A stretch of DNA of 64,000 nucleotides from Carcharhinus amblyrhynchos (GCA_965287045.1 OZ336886.1:18600001-18664000); one strand, 5' to 3'; positions 37,023 to 49,485 are shown, numbered from the stretch's first letter. The notes: generated by a model not told the origin, from the sequence alone. Program-made: numbers and translations.

Positions 37023-40000
37023 TCAGGTTACACCATCTTGGCCCTGTCCCTGTCAAACCTATAGTGCCTATCCTGGGAACTGCCAGGCTGGCACTACCCC
37101 ACGGGCACTGCCCAGTCATGGTCCTGATCAACTGGGGGCTTCAATGGTCTTTGACCCCCTCCCAGTGTGGCCATGGTGCTGCAGTGAGTCTCACTGATGT
37201 GATGTCAAGCCAGTGAAGGGGAAGCAGCCACAAGGGCAGAAGCCACCATGTTGGACCAGGTAAGTCCAACCTAATAGACTTTGCTTCTTTTCTGGACATG
37301 AAGCATTCTTGCGCCTTTCCAGGGTTGGGGGATAGCAAGCCGATTCACACCAGATTTTCCCTTCTTGCACACTATTCTCCCAGCTCGCCACGCTGATCAA
37401 CCAGCACGGCAAACTGGTAACCAAATTGTGCCTGATATTATGATATCCTGGGGTGGATTTTACGGGCTCACTGATTGATTCCCCCCCCACCCCTCGGAAT
37501 GCACAAATCCCCCCCTGTTGGCCAAGCACAGGGCAGAAACCTTGTTGCCCTGCAGCAATAACATGGTGGGGGGGGAGGTCATAATTGGATCAGAATGGGA
37601 TTTCCACCCTCATCTGGAAGGAAGTCATGCCCTGAGGAGTTATCAGGAAACCTGATTGACCGGATGCTCTGTAGTCCCAGCAGCGCCAGAACAGAGTGGT
37701 GGACATAGCTGGGACTACAGGCAGTCCACGAGGATGAAGACATGATGGACCCTTGGCTTCAGTTAAGTCTGCTTGGCAGATCCCAGCGTGGGGGATGTGT
37801 GGGATCCTGTGATGGGTATGGGGTTCCCTCAAAAGGAGTTACTTCTCCCCCACCCCTCTTTCTGCTTGACAGCAGCCCATGCAGTGAAAGCTACCAGGCT
37901 AGTCACCTCACCTCCACCTTCCCCAGCACAGTTTTATTTATGTTCTAAGTGAAATGAGACCCTGAAGTTGCCATTAACTGTCCAATTAGAAGCCCCAAGG
38001 GTGGCAAGTGGGCTATTGACGTGTCGCCCGTATCATGGGAGACGTAACAAGAGATGGGCAGGAAGGTGGTGGATAGGTCAGCCATTTTATTTTACAAGCT
38101 CCTCCAACTTTGGATACACGTAAAAAATAATTTACTCACATTTTGTTGAATTGTCCATGCATAAAAATGTAGAAGCCTGGCATACATTTCATTACCAATT
38201 GGAGAACATAAATTGCAAAAAATTCTGAGGAGTTACAGCCACAAAGGGTGGTCAAGTAACTAGTACAATTGATAAGCTCAAACTCATTTCATCCATTTTA
38301 ACAGAAAAGCTGCGAATCACTAAGAAACAACTAAAAATGATTGAGAATGGAGTGCTACCGAGCCACACAGGACATAAGGTGGCAGCTTTGATCACTGCTG
38401 TGCACTCAGAATGCTCCTACATTTCAGAAGGGATCAGTCTAAGAGTGGAGTTGGCAAGGTTCCTTACACGGTTGGCAAGGTTCTGAGTGTGGGACTGAGG
38501 AATGAATCGGGCTCGACTGTGATGCCCGCAATGGCCAAATAGCTCAGCAGCAGTCACCAACCAACCAAACATGAAATGCAATCACTTGAGTGAGCTATCA
38601 GAAGTCTGCGGAATGCCGGCATGAGGCAATATTTTCGGATGAGGAGAAAGCGGCAGGGAAGAGAATTGAAACTAGGCTTTGAAACAAGTGTAAGAGATCA
38701 TATCAATTAATTCAGGGATTAACTGCAGCAAACTGACAGTGGACTACAGATTAGGGGCAGTGTCAAGCTTATCACAGCCAAGCACTTCAAACATCCTAAT
38801 GTTAAAAAGGCTGTCAATTCTCCAAGAACATCAAACAAATAGAAAATAAATATGGTAATAGACAGTTGAAAGAGTCATCTGCTAAGAGTTGAATTACACA
38901 AGCAATGCATACGCAGCAAATAAGATTAAAGTGGATAGTTTTGTCCTTGAACAAGATTTCTTTTCATCTGCAGTAGTGCACATTAACTCCACTGTTTCCC
39001 CCAACACTTGCTGACATTTTAACACTGTCCATCTGGCAAGAATGGGGAACTCACATATCGGCAGAACGGCATTTGCCATAACCACCCACCTCTTGCCATT
39101 TTAACAGACGTATTTTGGTAAGTGTTTGAGGCCACCTAGAAAAATCAAAGGCCTTGTTGAGATTCAAAGATTGGAGACTGATGATGTGATTCAGACGCAA
39201 CCATGTTTTAATTAGCAGGTCAAAACCTGGTGCCATCAGTCCCAGGGTAACTCACCAGTCAGGGTAGGTTAGTTCCTTTTCGGGGCCAGGAGAAAGAATC
39301 TTTCAGGCAACCTTGCCGATGGCAACAGCACAATTCCATTGGGCCCTGCCCTTCTGGGAATCATTCCCGCTGCACTTAGCTGCTTACCTGAGGGATTTGA
39401 GTTCAGCAAGAATCAGCCCGGCCCATTTAAAATCAAATCACTTTGGCAAGGAGTGAAGGCCCAGCCCCCACTAGAATTAAATTGCAGCTTTTGGCAAGTT
39501 TGCAACTGGGAAATCATATTATATGTCTGACAAGATAATCAAAAGACAAGTCAGGAGATATTTAGGTGTATGTTCAAATACCATGCAGAGAATACATGCC
39601 AGATAGACAGTTTAAGGAGTTGGGTGTCAAATTCATTGCCATGAAGAAGAGCGCCTTACTTATCAACTTTCAACAATTACAACCCCTTTGGCCCAAGACA
39701 GAAACTCAATGCAGATCCACATGCTTGCAAGTACGTCAGTCTATCTGGAGCAGTGTGAAGCTGATTTCCAGTCAATTTTGTAACAAAGTGGTTCTGCTGC
39801 CTGCTTCTTGCCTTTCGAATAGTAAGGTACGGATCTGAGCGCAGTCGGTTTCAATAACTTTGCAAGTATTGTTTATTTTTCAAATCCCCTGTGTTCCCCT
39901 GTTCTGTTGTGAGATCATCCATCACAGGAGGAGCACCTGTGCACTGCATTCCTAAGAGGCTGAGAGAAAAACTGGGACGTTGAATTTTTAGGTCGGGAGA

Positions 40001-41019
40001 AGAAATGGAAACCAGGTGTCACCCGATTCTGTCAATTTCTGCAGATTCACTGGTGGAAACGTTTACAACTTCAGCTAGATTTTTGCACAAGTCAAGTTAT
40101 TCACGTCATCAGAAACTTTGCATCTGCTTTGAATCTATTGCACTTTTCAAAAATGGCGCATCTGAAGTGTCACTCCAGTACGCCCACCCCACCATCACCC
40201 CAATCCCCCTCCTCCACTTCCCCAACCTCCACTCAATCCCACTCCAACCTCCACCCAACCAAACATCACAGATGTTAAGAACCCAAAATTGCAACTGGCT
40301 GAATTAACTATTCTTCTTAGTCAAATAAATGAATCAGAAATTTCCAATAGGAATAATAGCCATTGGAAAATTTTTAAAAAGAGCAATGCTAGAGAGTTAC
40401 GCAAAAACGAAATCTCAGCTGACACTGTAGCACAGTTCTGAAGAAGGCCTGAACTGTTGGGACACAGAATTTCAGAAGAGATGTTGAAAAGCTTGTTCAG
40501 TTAGGCATCAAATATCCTATCAGAATAAGAGCAACCATTCTCCAAGGGGTCCAGCCACCAATATGACTACGCAATCATTGATCTAAGTCAAAATGACTAC
40601 AATTCAAAATTACTGCGCAATGCATGGGGACAACCCAGCAAGTTGGTAATTCATTTTATAATTACAAAGATCAGTGGTTCCCTATGGTACTGCTCAAATG
40701 AGAGACAGTCATGGCGCAAGGAGGATTGTTGGGTTGCAGGAGAGCTGGACGTTGCTGCTGGAAGAGTTTGGAATGATTCTTGGGAATGATGTAGCCAGTT
40801 TTTTGATGAGTGCTTGAGCAATCTGCAGTTTTGCGTGACAGACCTATCTGAGCAAGTCGAATCAAAATTAATTCTGAAGGAGACTCCTTTCTAAACTTGA
40901 ATTTCCAATATTAACACAAAAGATACAAATTCTAACAATTTGTATCTTCCATAAAGAATTGTTTAAGAAAGAAATAGATTGAGGATACATAGAGAATACA
41001 CTGGAGGAGGAGGTTCCAC

Positions 41020-42740
41020 AAATATCCCCATCCTAAATAACGGAGGAGCCCAACACATCAGTGCAAAGTATTCGCAACAATCTTCAGCCAGAAGTGCCGA
41101 GGGGATGAACCATCTCGGCCTCCTCCAGTGGTCCCCAGCATCTTAGATGCCAGTCTCCAGCCAATTCGATTCACTCCACGTGATATCAAGAAACGGGTGG
41201 AAGCACTGGATGCTGCAAAGGCAATGGGCCCTAATAACACTCCGGCTATAGTACTGAAGACTTGTACTCCAGAGCTTTCCGCTCCCCTAGCTAAGCTCTC
41301 CCAGTACAGCCACAACATTGGCATCTATCCAACAATGTGAAAAATTCCTCAAGTATGTCCTGTATAAAAAAAAGCAGAACAAATCCAACCCGGCCAATTA
41401 ATCAGTCTACTCTTGATCATCAGTAAAGTGACGGAAGGGGTCATCGACAGCGCTCTCGAGCAGACCTGCTCAACAATAACCTGCTCAGTGACGCTCAATT
41501 TGGGTTTCATCAGGCTCACTTAGCTCCTGACCTCATTTCAGCCTTGGTTCAAACATGGACAAAAGAGCTGAATTCCAGAGGGGAGGCAAGAGTGACAGCC
41601 TTTGACATCAAGGTCACATCTGACTGAGTGTGGCATCAAGGAGCCCTAGCAAAACTGGAATCAATGGGTATCAGGGGGCAAATGCTCTGCTGGTTGAAGT
41701 CATGCCTGGTACATAGGAAGATGGTTGTGGTTGTGGACGGTCAGTCACCTCAGCTCCAAGACATCTCTGCAGGAGTCTCACAGGGTAGTGTCCTTTGCCC
41801 AACAATCTTCAGCTGCTTCATCAATGACCTTCGTTCCGTCATAAGGTCAGAAGTGGGGATGTTTGCCAACGATTGCACAATATTTAGCACCATCTGCGAC
41901 TTCGCAGATATTGGAGCAGTCCATGTTCAAATGCAACAAGATCTGGACAATATCCCGGCTTGGGCTGATAAGTGGCAGATAACATTCACGCCACACAAAT
42001 GCCAAGCAATGACCATTACCAATAAGAGTCACTCTAACCATCTCCCTTTGACATTCAATGGTGGAACCATCACTGAATCCCCCACTATCAACATCCTTGG
42101 GGTTACCATTGACCAGAAACTCAACTGGACTCACCACATAAACACTGGTTACAAAAGCAGGTCAGAGGCTAGGAACAGCAAGTAACTCACTTCGTGACTC
42201 CCCAAAACCTATCCACCATCTACAAGGCGCAAATCAGGGGTGTGATGGAATACTCCCCACTTGGATGAGTGCAGATCCGACAACACTCAAGAAGCTTGAC
42301 GCCATCTAGGACAAAGCAGCTCACTTGATTGGCACCACATTTACAAACATTCAATCCCTCCACCACCAATTTCTCAGTAGCAGCAGTGTGCACGATCTAC
42401 AACATTCTGCAACAATTCACCAAAGCATCTTAGACAGCACCATCCAAACCCACGACCCCTTCCATCTAAAAGGATAAGAGCAGCAGATACATGGAAACAC
42501 CACCACCTGCAAGCCACTCACCATCCTGACTTGGAACAATGTCGCCATTTCTTCATAGTCACTGGGTCAAAATCCTGGAATTCCCTTCCTAACAGCATTG
42601 GGGATTAACCCACAGATGGACTGCAGCAATTCAAGAAGGCGGCTCACCACCATCTTCTCAAGGGCAACTAGAGATGGGCAATAAATGCTGGCCAGCCAGT
42701 GACGCCCATGTCCCACAAATGAATAGATGAATAAATTTAA
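41020..42740 (+). mobile_element. Non-LTR retrotransposon (CR1/L2/Jockey-group, distinct from HER1-type CR1), decayed RT to 3' end
   Basis: KAMGPNNTPAIVLKTCTPELSAPLAKL, QFGF, DIK..D.VWHQG, GVSQGSVLCPTIFSCFINDL, MFANDCTI, ILGVTIDQKLNW, with in-frame stops and frameshifts. Confidence 0.9.
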
Positions 42741-42889
42741 AAAATCACAAGAACTATCATGACAGAGAAAGGTACTTGATGTTTACATAGAAAACATTTA
42801 GGAATGGGTGACTGTTTTACACATTCTGGGTGTGAGTCTCATTGCTGATCACAGTTAGATGAGGCTGATGGGGAATATTAACATAGCAG

Positions 42890-43612
42890 GCGACAGTGCA
42901 GAGGGACCTCGGGGTCCTTGTGCATGAGTTGCAAAAACCCAGCTTGCAGGTGGTCAGGAAGGCGAATGGGATGCTGGCCTTCACAGCGAGGGGGATTGAT
43001 TATAAAAGTAGGGAGGTCTTGCTGCGGCTGTATAGGGCATTGGTGAGGCCGCAGCTGGAGTACTGTGTGCAGTTTTGGGCGCCGTACTTACGCAAGGATG
43101 TTTTGGCCTTGGAGGGAGTGCAGAGGAGGTTTACTAGGCTGATGCCGGAGTTGAGGGGGTTGAGCTATGAGGAGAGGCTGAATAAACTAGGCTTGTACTC
43201 GTTAGAGTTTAGAAGAATGAGGGGAGATCTCATTGAGACGTATAAGATGATGAATGGGATGGATAGGATAGAGGTGGAGAGACTGTTCCCGCTCAGAAAG
43301 GACAGTAGGACTAGGGGGCACAGCCTCAAGATAAAGGGGGGGCGGTTTAGAACGGAGTTGAGAAGGAACTTCTTCACTCAAAGGGTGGTGAATCTCTGGA
43401 ATTCTCTGCCCGTTGAAGTGGTGGAGGCTGCCTCGCTAAATATTTTTAAGACGCGGGTTGACGGGTTTTTGATAAGAGAGGGGATTAAGGGTTATGGGGA
43501 GAGGGTGGGAATGTGGAACTGAGCCACGACAGATCAGCCATGATCTTATTGAATGGTGGGGCAGGCTCGAAGGGCTAGATGGCCTACTCCTGCTCCTATT
43601 TCTTATGTTCTT
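42890..43612 (+). mobile_element. Young 5'-truncated CR1 LINE
   Basis: Uninterrupted 208-aa ORF2 C-terminus (42896..43522) followed by a 3' UTR ending cttatgttcttat. Confidence 0.95.
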
Positions 43613-44039
43613 ATAAGAGGCTTCCTTAGGTTTACAGAAGTCAATGGAATTCAAAATCAGGCAGTGCACAAAAGCAACCATTTTGCATCAGCAACCAAGG
43701 CAAATTTATTAATTATGCCGTATATTTCCTTCTGGCACAAATGAATCCATTTAATAAAATAAAGTGGGAAAACATTTAGATTCAGATTACTTTCGGTTGT
43801 TTGTGTATTCTCACATTATGACATCAATTAATTACTTCAAGTAAAAATTGTATTTAATAAAAATAGTTTGAAATTAATTCTTTGGACCAGCTAAATTTCT
43901 ACAGAAAAGGTATAGGGATAATTTAATGAAGTTGCATTTCTAAAAGAGCATATTGTGAGAAGATGTTTCGAGAATTCAGGCATAAGCTCTGTCTATTTAT
44001 CCAGCCATTTACTGAATGCACCCTGATATCTGATTTGGC

Positions 44040-44665
44040 ATCACAGAGATTTACAGCACAGAAAGAAGCCCTATGGCCCATCATGTCGGTGCTGGCCATC
44101 AAACACCTATCTAGTCTAATCCCATTTTCTAGCACTTGATCTGTAGCCTTGTATGCAATGTATTTTCAAATGCTCATCTAAGTGCTTCTTAAATTTTGTG
44201 AAGGTTCCCACGTCTACCACCCTTTCAGGCAGTGAGTTCCAGATTCCCACCACTGTCTAAATTCCCTCTAAAACTCCTGCCCCCTTACCTTAAATTTGGG
44301 CCTTCTGGTTATTGAGCCCACTACTAAGGGGAAAAATTTCTTCCCACCTATCCTACGTCCCGCATAATTTTGTATACTTCAATTAGGTCCCTTCCACCAC
44401 CTCCCTCCATTCCCCCTCCCCGCCACCTCCCCCTCCATTCCCCCCGCCCCCCCCCGCCCGTTCCCCCCCCACCCTCCATTCCCCCAACACCCTTTCTAGA
44501 GCAATCACATCCTTCCTATAGCGTGGCAATCAGAACTGCACACAGTACTCTAGCTGTGACCTAATGGGTGTTTTAGACAGCTCCATCGTAACCCCCCTGC
44601 TCTTATATTCTGAGCCTTGGCTAACAAAGGCAGGAACCAATGTGCTTTCTTAACCACTTTATCTA
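44040..44665 (-). mobile_element. CR1 3' fragment with C-rich low-complexity patch (~44390-44495)
   Basis: cacagagatttacagcacagaaagaagccc tail. aactgcacacagtactctagctg is the reverse complement of QLEYCVQF. Confidence 0.8.
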
Positions 44666-44854
44666 ACTAAAGTGGTTTGATGGGGGAATAGCCCAGAATC
44701 AAGACTGCAAATTTGTAAGATTTGCCTTGAATTTGAGTCAATGCTCACTTTTAGATCATCTTGGCGCATATAGGTTGGAGGAGCTGGAATAGACTATTAG
44801 GCAGTATCCCTTTTGATTGCTGATCACTAACATTCTCACCTCAATCCCCTCTCC

Positions 44855-45640
44855 CAAAGAACAAAAACAAGTGCAGGAACAGGCCCTTCAGTCCAACAAG
44901 TTTGCATCAATACTCAGTTTCTATGCCTCTGTTCGCCTCCCATTTGTGCATCCACCAGGATACACCGTAAACGTTGCTAGCATTCCTGCTTCCACCACGT
45001 CCATTGGCAGTGCATTCCAGGCACCCACCATTCTCTGTGTGAAAAACTTTCTTTTCCCGCACATCTCTCCTAAACTTACCACCTCTCAACTTAAACCTGT
45101 GCCCTCTTGTAGTCGACCCTTCCACCCTGGGTAAAAGCCTCTGATTATCCACCCTATCTATGCCTTTCCTAATTGTGTAGACTTCTATCAGGTCTACGCC
45201 ATGGGCAGTAGCACAGTGGTTAGCACTGCTGCTTCACAGCTCCAGGGACATGAGTTTGATTCCTGGCTTGGGTCACTGTCTGTGTGGAGTTTGCACATTC
45301 TCCTTGTGTCTGTGTGGGTTTCCTCCAGGTGCTCTGAATTCCTCCCACAGTCCAAAGATGTGCGGGTTAAGTTGATTGGCCATGCTAAAATTGCCCCTTA
45401 GTGTCCTGAGATGCATAGGTTAGCAGGATTAGTGGTATTCTATATAGGGATATGGGGGTAGGGCTGGGGTGGGATTGTAGTCAGTGCAGACTCGATGGGC
45501 TGAATGGCCTCTTTCTGTACTGTAGGGATTCTATGATTCTAGGATTCTAGGTCCTCCATTTGCCTCTATCTGTCCAGTGAAAACAATCCAAGTTATCCAA
45601 CTTCTTCTTCTACCTAAAACCCTCCAGACCAGGCAACACC
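44855..45640 (-). mobile_element. CR1 3' fragment interrupted by a V-SINE
   Basis: Minus ORF ...VEGSTTRGHRFKLRGGKFRRDVR. The host resumes at ~45550. Confidence 0.8.
45200..45548 (+). mobile_element. Full-length HE1-type V-SINE
   Basis: gtagcacagtggttagcactgctgcttcacag...gtgtgggtttcctccaggtgctc...gattctatgattctaggattct. Confidence 0.9.
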
Positions 45641-46193
45641 CAAGAAACATAACTGGTTTAGTCTGGAATCCATTTGAACAGCTGATTTAAATAACCTTTC
45701 CTGGCAGCTTACTCTACTGCAATTATGAAAAAAACTCTCAGTTTCATCTTGATTTGATGTAAAACAATGGAATTCACAATTTGCTGTAAGGTTGAACCTT
45801 TGCTTTTTAATGTCTCCCACGCAATTCCAATTAAAATGAAGGTTCCAGCAGTGCGCATAGGGAACATCAACAATCGTGGGGCAGCTCAGTGGTGAAGGCC
45901 ACCATCAGGTGACAATGCAGCAGATACATGTGGCTATAAAAGAGCCTCCTGGTCAAACAAGGCTGAACAGCTTCATGACCAACACTTTCCTACCTGACTC
46001 CATTGCCATGAATATGGTATTAGAGAGCATAAAAAGGAGGCAAGGGTGTTTTTCAAAATAAAATTTCAATTGTAAGTACTTCACGTTACATCATTGACAC
46101 TTCATTCATGTGTACGTCATCATTATTTGTTGAGATCAGCTCAGTCAGAGAGCTAAGTGTGCTGGCACACTTCAAGGTTGACAAGCATTGATA

Positions 46194-46586
46194 ATGATGT
46201 GGAGATGTTGGCATTGGACTGGGGTAAACACAGTAAGAAATCGCATATCACCAGGTTAAAGTCCACTAGCTTTCGGAGTGCTGCTCCTTCATCAGGTGAG
46301 TGGGATTTCAGTTCACAAACAGGGCATATAAAGACACAAACTCAATTTACAAAATACCTGTGCTTAACTCTTTCTCCACTCACATTGTCTGTACCTTTAA
46401 GACTTGATTACCTGTAAAGACATTCCAACCATTATTTTGTAAATTGAGTTTGTGTCTTTATACGCCCTGTTTGTGAACTAAACTGAAATCCCACTCAACT
46501 AATGAAGGAGCAGCGCTCCGAAAGCTAGTGACTTGCGCTACCAAATAAACCTTTTGGACTTTAAGCTGGTGTTGTGAGACTTCTTA
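46194..46586. mobile_element. Largest palindromic PLE terminal-repeat insert, two inverted hammerhead motifs
   Basis: Perfect 11-bp TSD aagcattgata (46183-46193 / 46587-46597), long inverted arms, central spacer homologous to the PLE 3' UTR at ~22540-22620. Confidence 0.92.
46264..46300 (-). ncRNA. Minimal type I hammerhead ribozyme motif (intact core)
   Basis: 5'-CUCAC CUGAUGA A GGAG CAGCA CUCC GAAA GCUA GUG-3': core boxes intact, stem II GGAG/CUCC, stem I CAC/GUG, palindromic AGCU in place of stem III. Activity not shown. Confidence 0.7.
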
Positions 46587-48224
46587 AAGCATTGATAGTT
46601 ACAGGGGAGTTCAGGGGGGCATTTCCTTTATAGTGGGGGAAACAATGTTGTGTTTTTCTGTTCACCCATTATTGAATATTCATGCAACTATCCAGTGCTG
46701 TATTCACCACTCTGTGAGGATATGGCTGAACGTGTCAACTCAGCTAACCCTCCCTTCTGTGCATTGTAAGATGCTATCCAAGATCATCCAAGGACATTTA
46801 AAGTGTTGCAGGTGAACTTAAAGTCCTGTAAGGACTGTCAGCCAAGACCCTGAGATAGACATACAATGCAACAGTACTGACACCACCCTTTAAGCCCTTA
46901 TCTTGACTACTCCTACCCCCTCATCCACCCCTCCCATCCCCCCCCCAATCCTCCCCCTACCCCCTCCACTCCGCCAAAACGCTTGGTTCTTCCCATAGCA
47001 ACCTTCCATGTTCCCACCCCATCATTTCATTTCCCTGAATCCCTCTTAACACTCCTCATTCCTGTATGTCCCAGTCCCACTCCAAAGACCTCCCCTCAAC
47101 ACTATTTACTCTTACCAGTCCTGGAGCCTCCATGCAAGCTGCCATTCTCCTGCTCCCCTCCCTTGTGCCATAGAGTTAAAGAAGGGGAAGCACAGTCCTT
47201 ACTTACAATTGTTTGACCTGGAGGCTCTTTTATAGCTTGCCCATAGCTGTTGTATTGTCAGCTGGGTGCGGGAGGGTTTCACCACTGACAACTGCACAAA
47301 GCCAACCGAAGCACACTACCTTTAAACAAACTTTAAACAGACAGCACCAAGTTCTCCTGCGCCACTGACTTTCTCTTGAAGGTAGGATATAATTTAGAAA
47401 GGTTTCATGCTAATGAGTATTCATGGTGTGCGAAGATATTACAGGTATGAAGCCACTGGGGTGAGGCTTGAAATACAACAAACAGGTCTCTGATTAGACC
47501 CCTGCATTGTCAGTAAATTGAAACTTCATATCAAGCCGAGTGCAGTCACCTGAAATCCCACTGTAGCGGAACCCATAAGATCCCTCCCAATATGTCACTG
47601 ACAAGAGCAGTGGAATGGAGAAGGCAGCTCAGTTACACAAGATGTTAAGCTGGTAGGATAATGGTAGATCAAATCGTTTGGTTTTGGTACAAACAATATT
47701 TCTATTATGGCCCGAAAGTCTTTTTATTATTTGCTTAGATATTGGGCAGAAAAAATTACTGAAGATGGTAGAGAGGCTAGATCCGTTTACAAATTGATGC
47801 TGAACTCAACAGAATATGTCAAATGGCTGTACACTAGTGACAGATTCTCTGACCCGGTAGCTGTGATCCTCTTCGCGATTTCCGATGGCTTGGGGTGGTG
47901 ACAATGGGAAAGCCCATTGACAGCGGTGAAACCAGAAGATCCTGCCGCTGATGAACAGCATAACGCTTCTCGCTGCCGAGAAATCCACCGGTGGAAGGGT
48001 GGGCTAGTGCACTAATCCAAAACCAATGTACAATCTGACCTAGATTCTCCAATTGGTTGGAAGAGCAAAGTACAAATGGAGATTAAATAGCAGGACATTG
48101 GATAAGCCAGAGAACAGTCAGTATGACAGCAACAACTCTGAAGCCAAGGCTGGGTAAACATCAGAGTCTTTCAAACAAGAAACTGCATTGAGAGGTTTCA
48201 TAAATCAAAATAAGTTCCACTGCC

Positions 48225-48512
48225 ATGGGTGGCATAGTGGCACAGTGCTGCCTTACAGCGCCAGGAACCCAGGTTCAATTCCAGCCTTGGTCACTGTCTG
48301 TTGAAGTTTGCACATTCTCCTCATGTCTGCCTGGGTTTCCTCCGGGTGCTCAGTTTCCTCCCGCAGTCCAAAGATGTGCAGATGAGGTGAATTGGCCATG
48401 CTAAAATTCTCCCTCAGGTGTACCCGAACAGGCGCCGGAGTGTGGTGACTAGAGGATTTTCACAGTAACTTCATTGCAGCCTACTTGTGACTAATAAATA
48501 AACTTTAACTTT
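48225..48512 (+). mobile_element. V-SINE with type-B tail
   Basis: Head and central domain as HE1, tail ctctccctcaggtgtacccgaacaggcgccggagtgtggtgactagaggattttcacagtaacttcattgcag...aataaactttaactt. Confidence 0.85.
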
Positions 48513-49164
48513 GCCAGACAGGGTTAAGGTCAATTGATCTTTAGGACTACAAGGGATGCCACTCTTTTCCCAACTTCAAGGAAATATTTGCTGATGAAAG
48601 GTTGCTGCTGATATCACGAGTGTCTCTTTATCGATTCTGAAATTAAAACAGCGGCTGTCGGAAGAATAGTACCGATCAAATTTCTCCCACAGATTAAGGA
48701 AATCATAACGAATGCATTATGTTTCCCAAAGGCACAAAAATATGAGGTCACATTTTGCATTGTAATACTTGCTTGCTTAGTTATGTGGAGAAACAGAAGC
48801 CAGGGTTACAAGAAAGCAAATTCTACAAGGAAAATAATAATGACATGCCAAAATGACAATAGTAAATAGATCATCTTGATTTGCTTTCCAAACAACAAGA
48901 AATAGCATTTAAAAATTATTCCACTGTGCTTGTTTATCCATATTCAAGTACCAACGTGTGAAAAAGCACAAACTGAAACAAACTCAGTCAGCCCACAGCA
49001 GAGGCAATAATCCAGTGTTCTAGCATAATATTCCCTCTTTCCTGAATTACATCTGCCAGTTAATAATGATGTGTAAGTAGCTGAAAAGCTTTATGTTTTT
49101 AAACTGGTAGATTAATTTTAACAAACATTTTCAACAAAGTTATTACTTTAATAGTAAAACATAA

Positions 49165-49402
49165 CTTCCAAGTAACTGTCTGTGTGGAGTTGCATGTTCT
49201 CCCTGTGTCTGCCTGGGTTTTCTCCCACAGTCCAAAGATGTGCAGGTTAGGTGGATTGTCCGCGGTAAATTGCCCCTTAGTGTCAGGGAGGTTAGCAGAG
49301 TAAATGCACAAGTTTAAGGAGAAAGGGCCTGGATGGGATTGTTGTTGGTGCAGGCCTGATGGGCTGAATGGCCTCCTTCTACACTGTAGGGATTTTACGA
49401 TT
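49165..49402 (+). mobile_element. HE1-type V-SINE, 5'-truncated
   Basis: ctgtctgtgtggagttgcatgttctcc...cccacagtccaaagatgtgcaggttagg...cactgtagggatt. Confidence 0.8.
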
Positions 49403-49485
49403 GGACAATTAGGCTGCTGTGATAGTAACAGTGGCTCTTAGAAGTGGCCAGAGATGGAGTAGAAGCTGGAATGATGGGAAGATGA

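Noticed and set aside
41628-42185. 185-aa RT ORF as a functional or domesticated gene
   Set aside because: The catalytic motif has decayed (FAND instead of FADD) and flanking stops and frameshifts mark a dead LINE copy.
45200-45275. tRNA genes at SINE heads
   Set aside because: A/B-box-like heads continue directly into SINE bodies and do not form complete cloverleaves.
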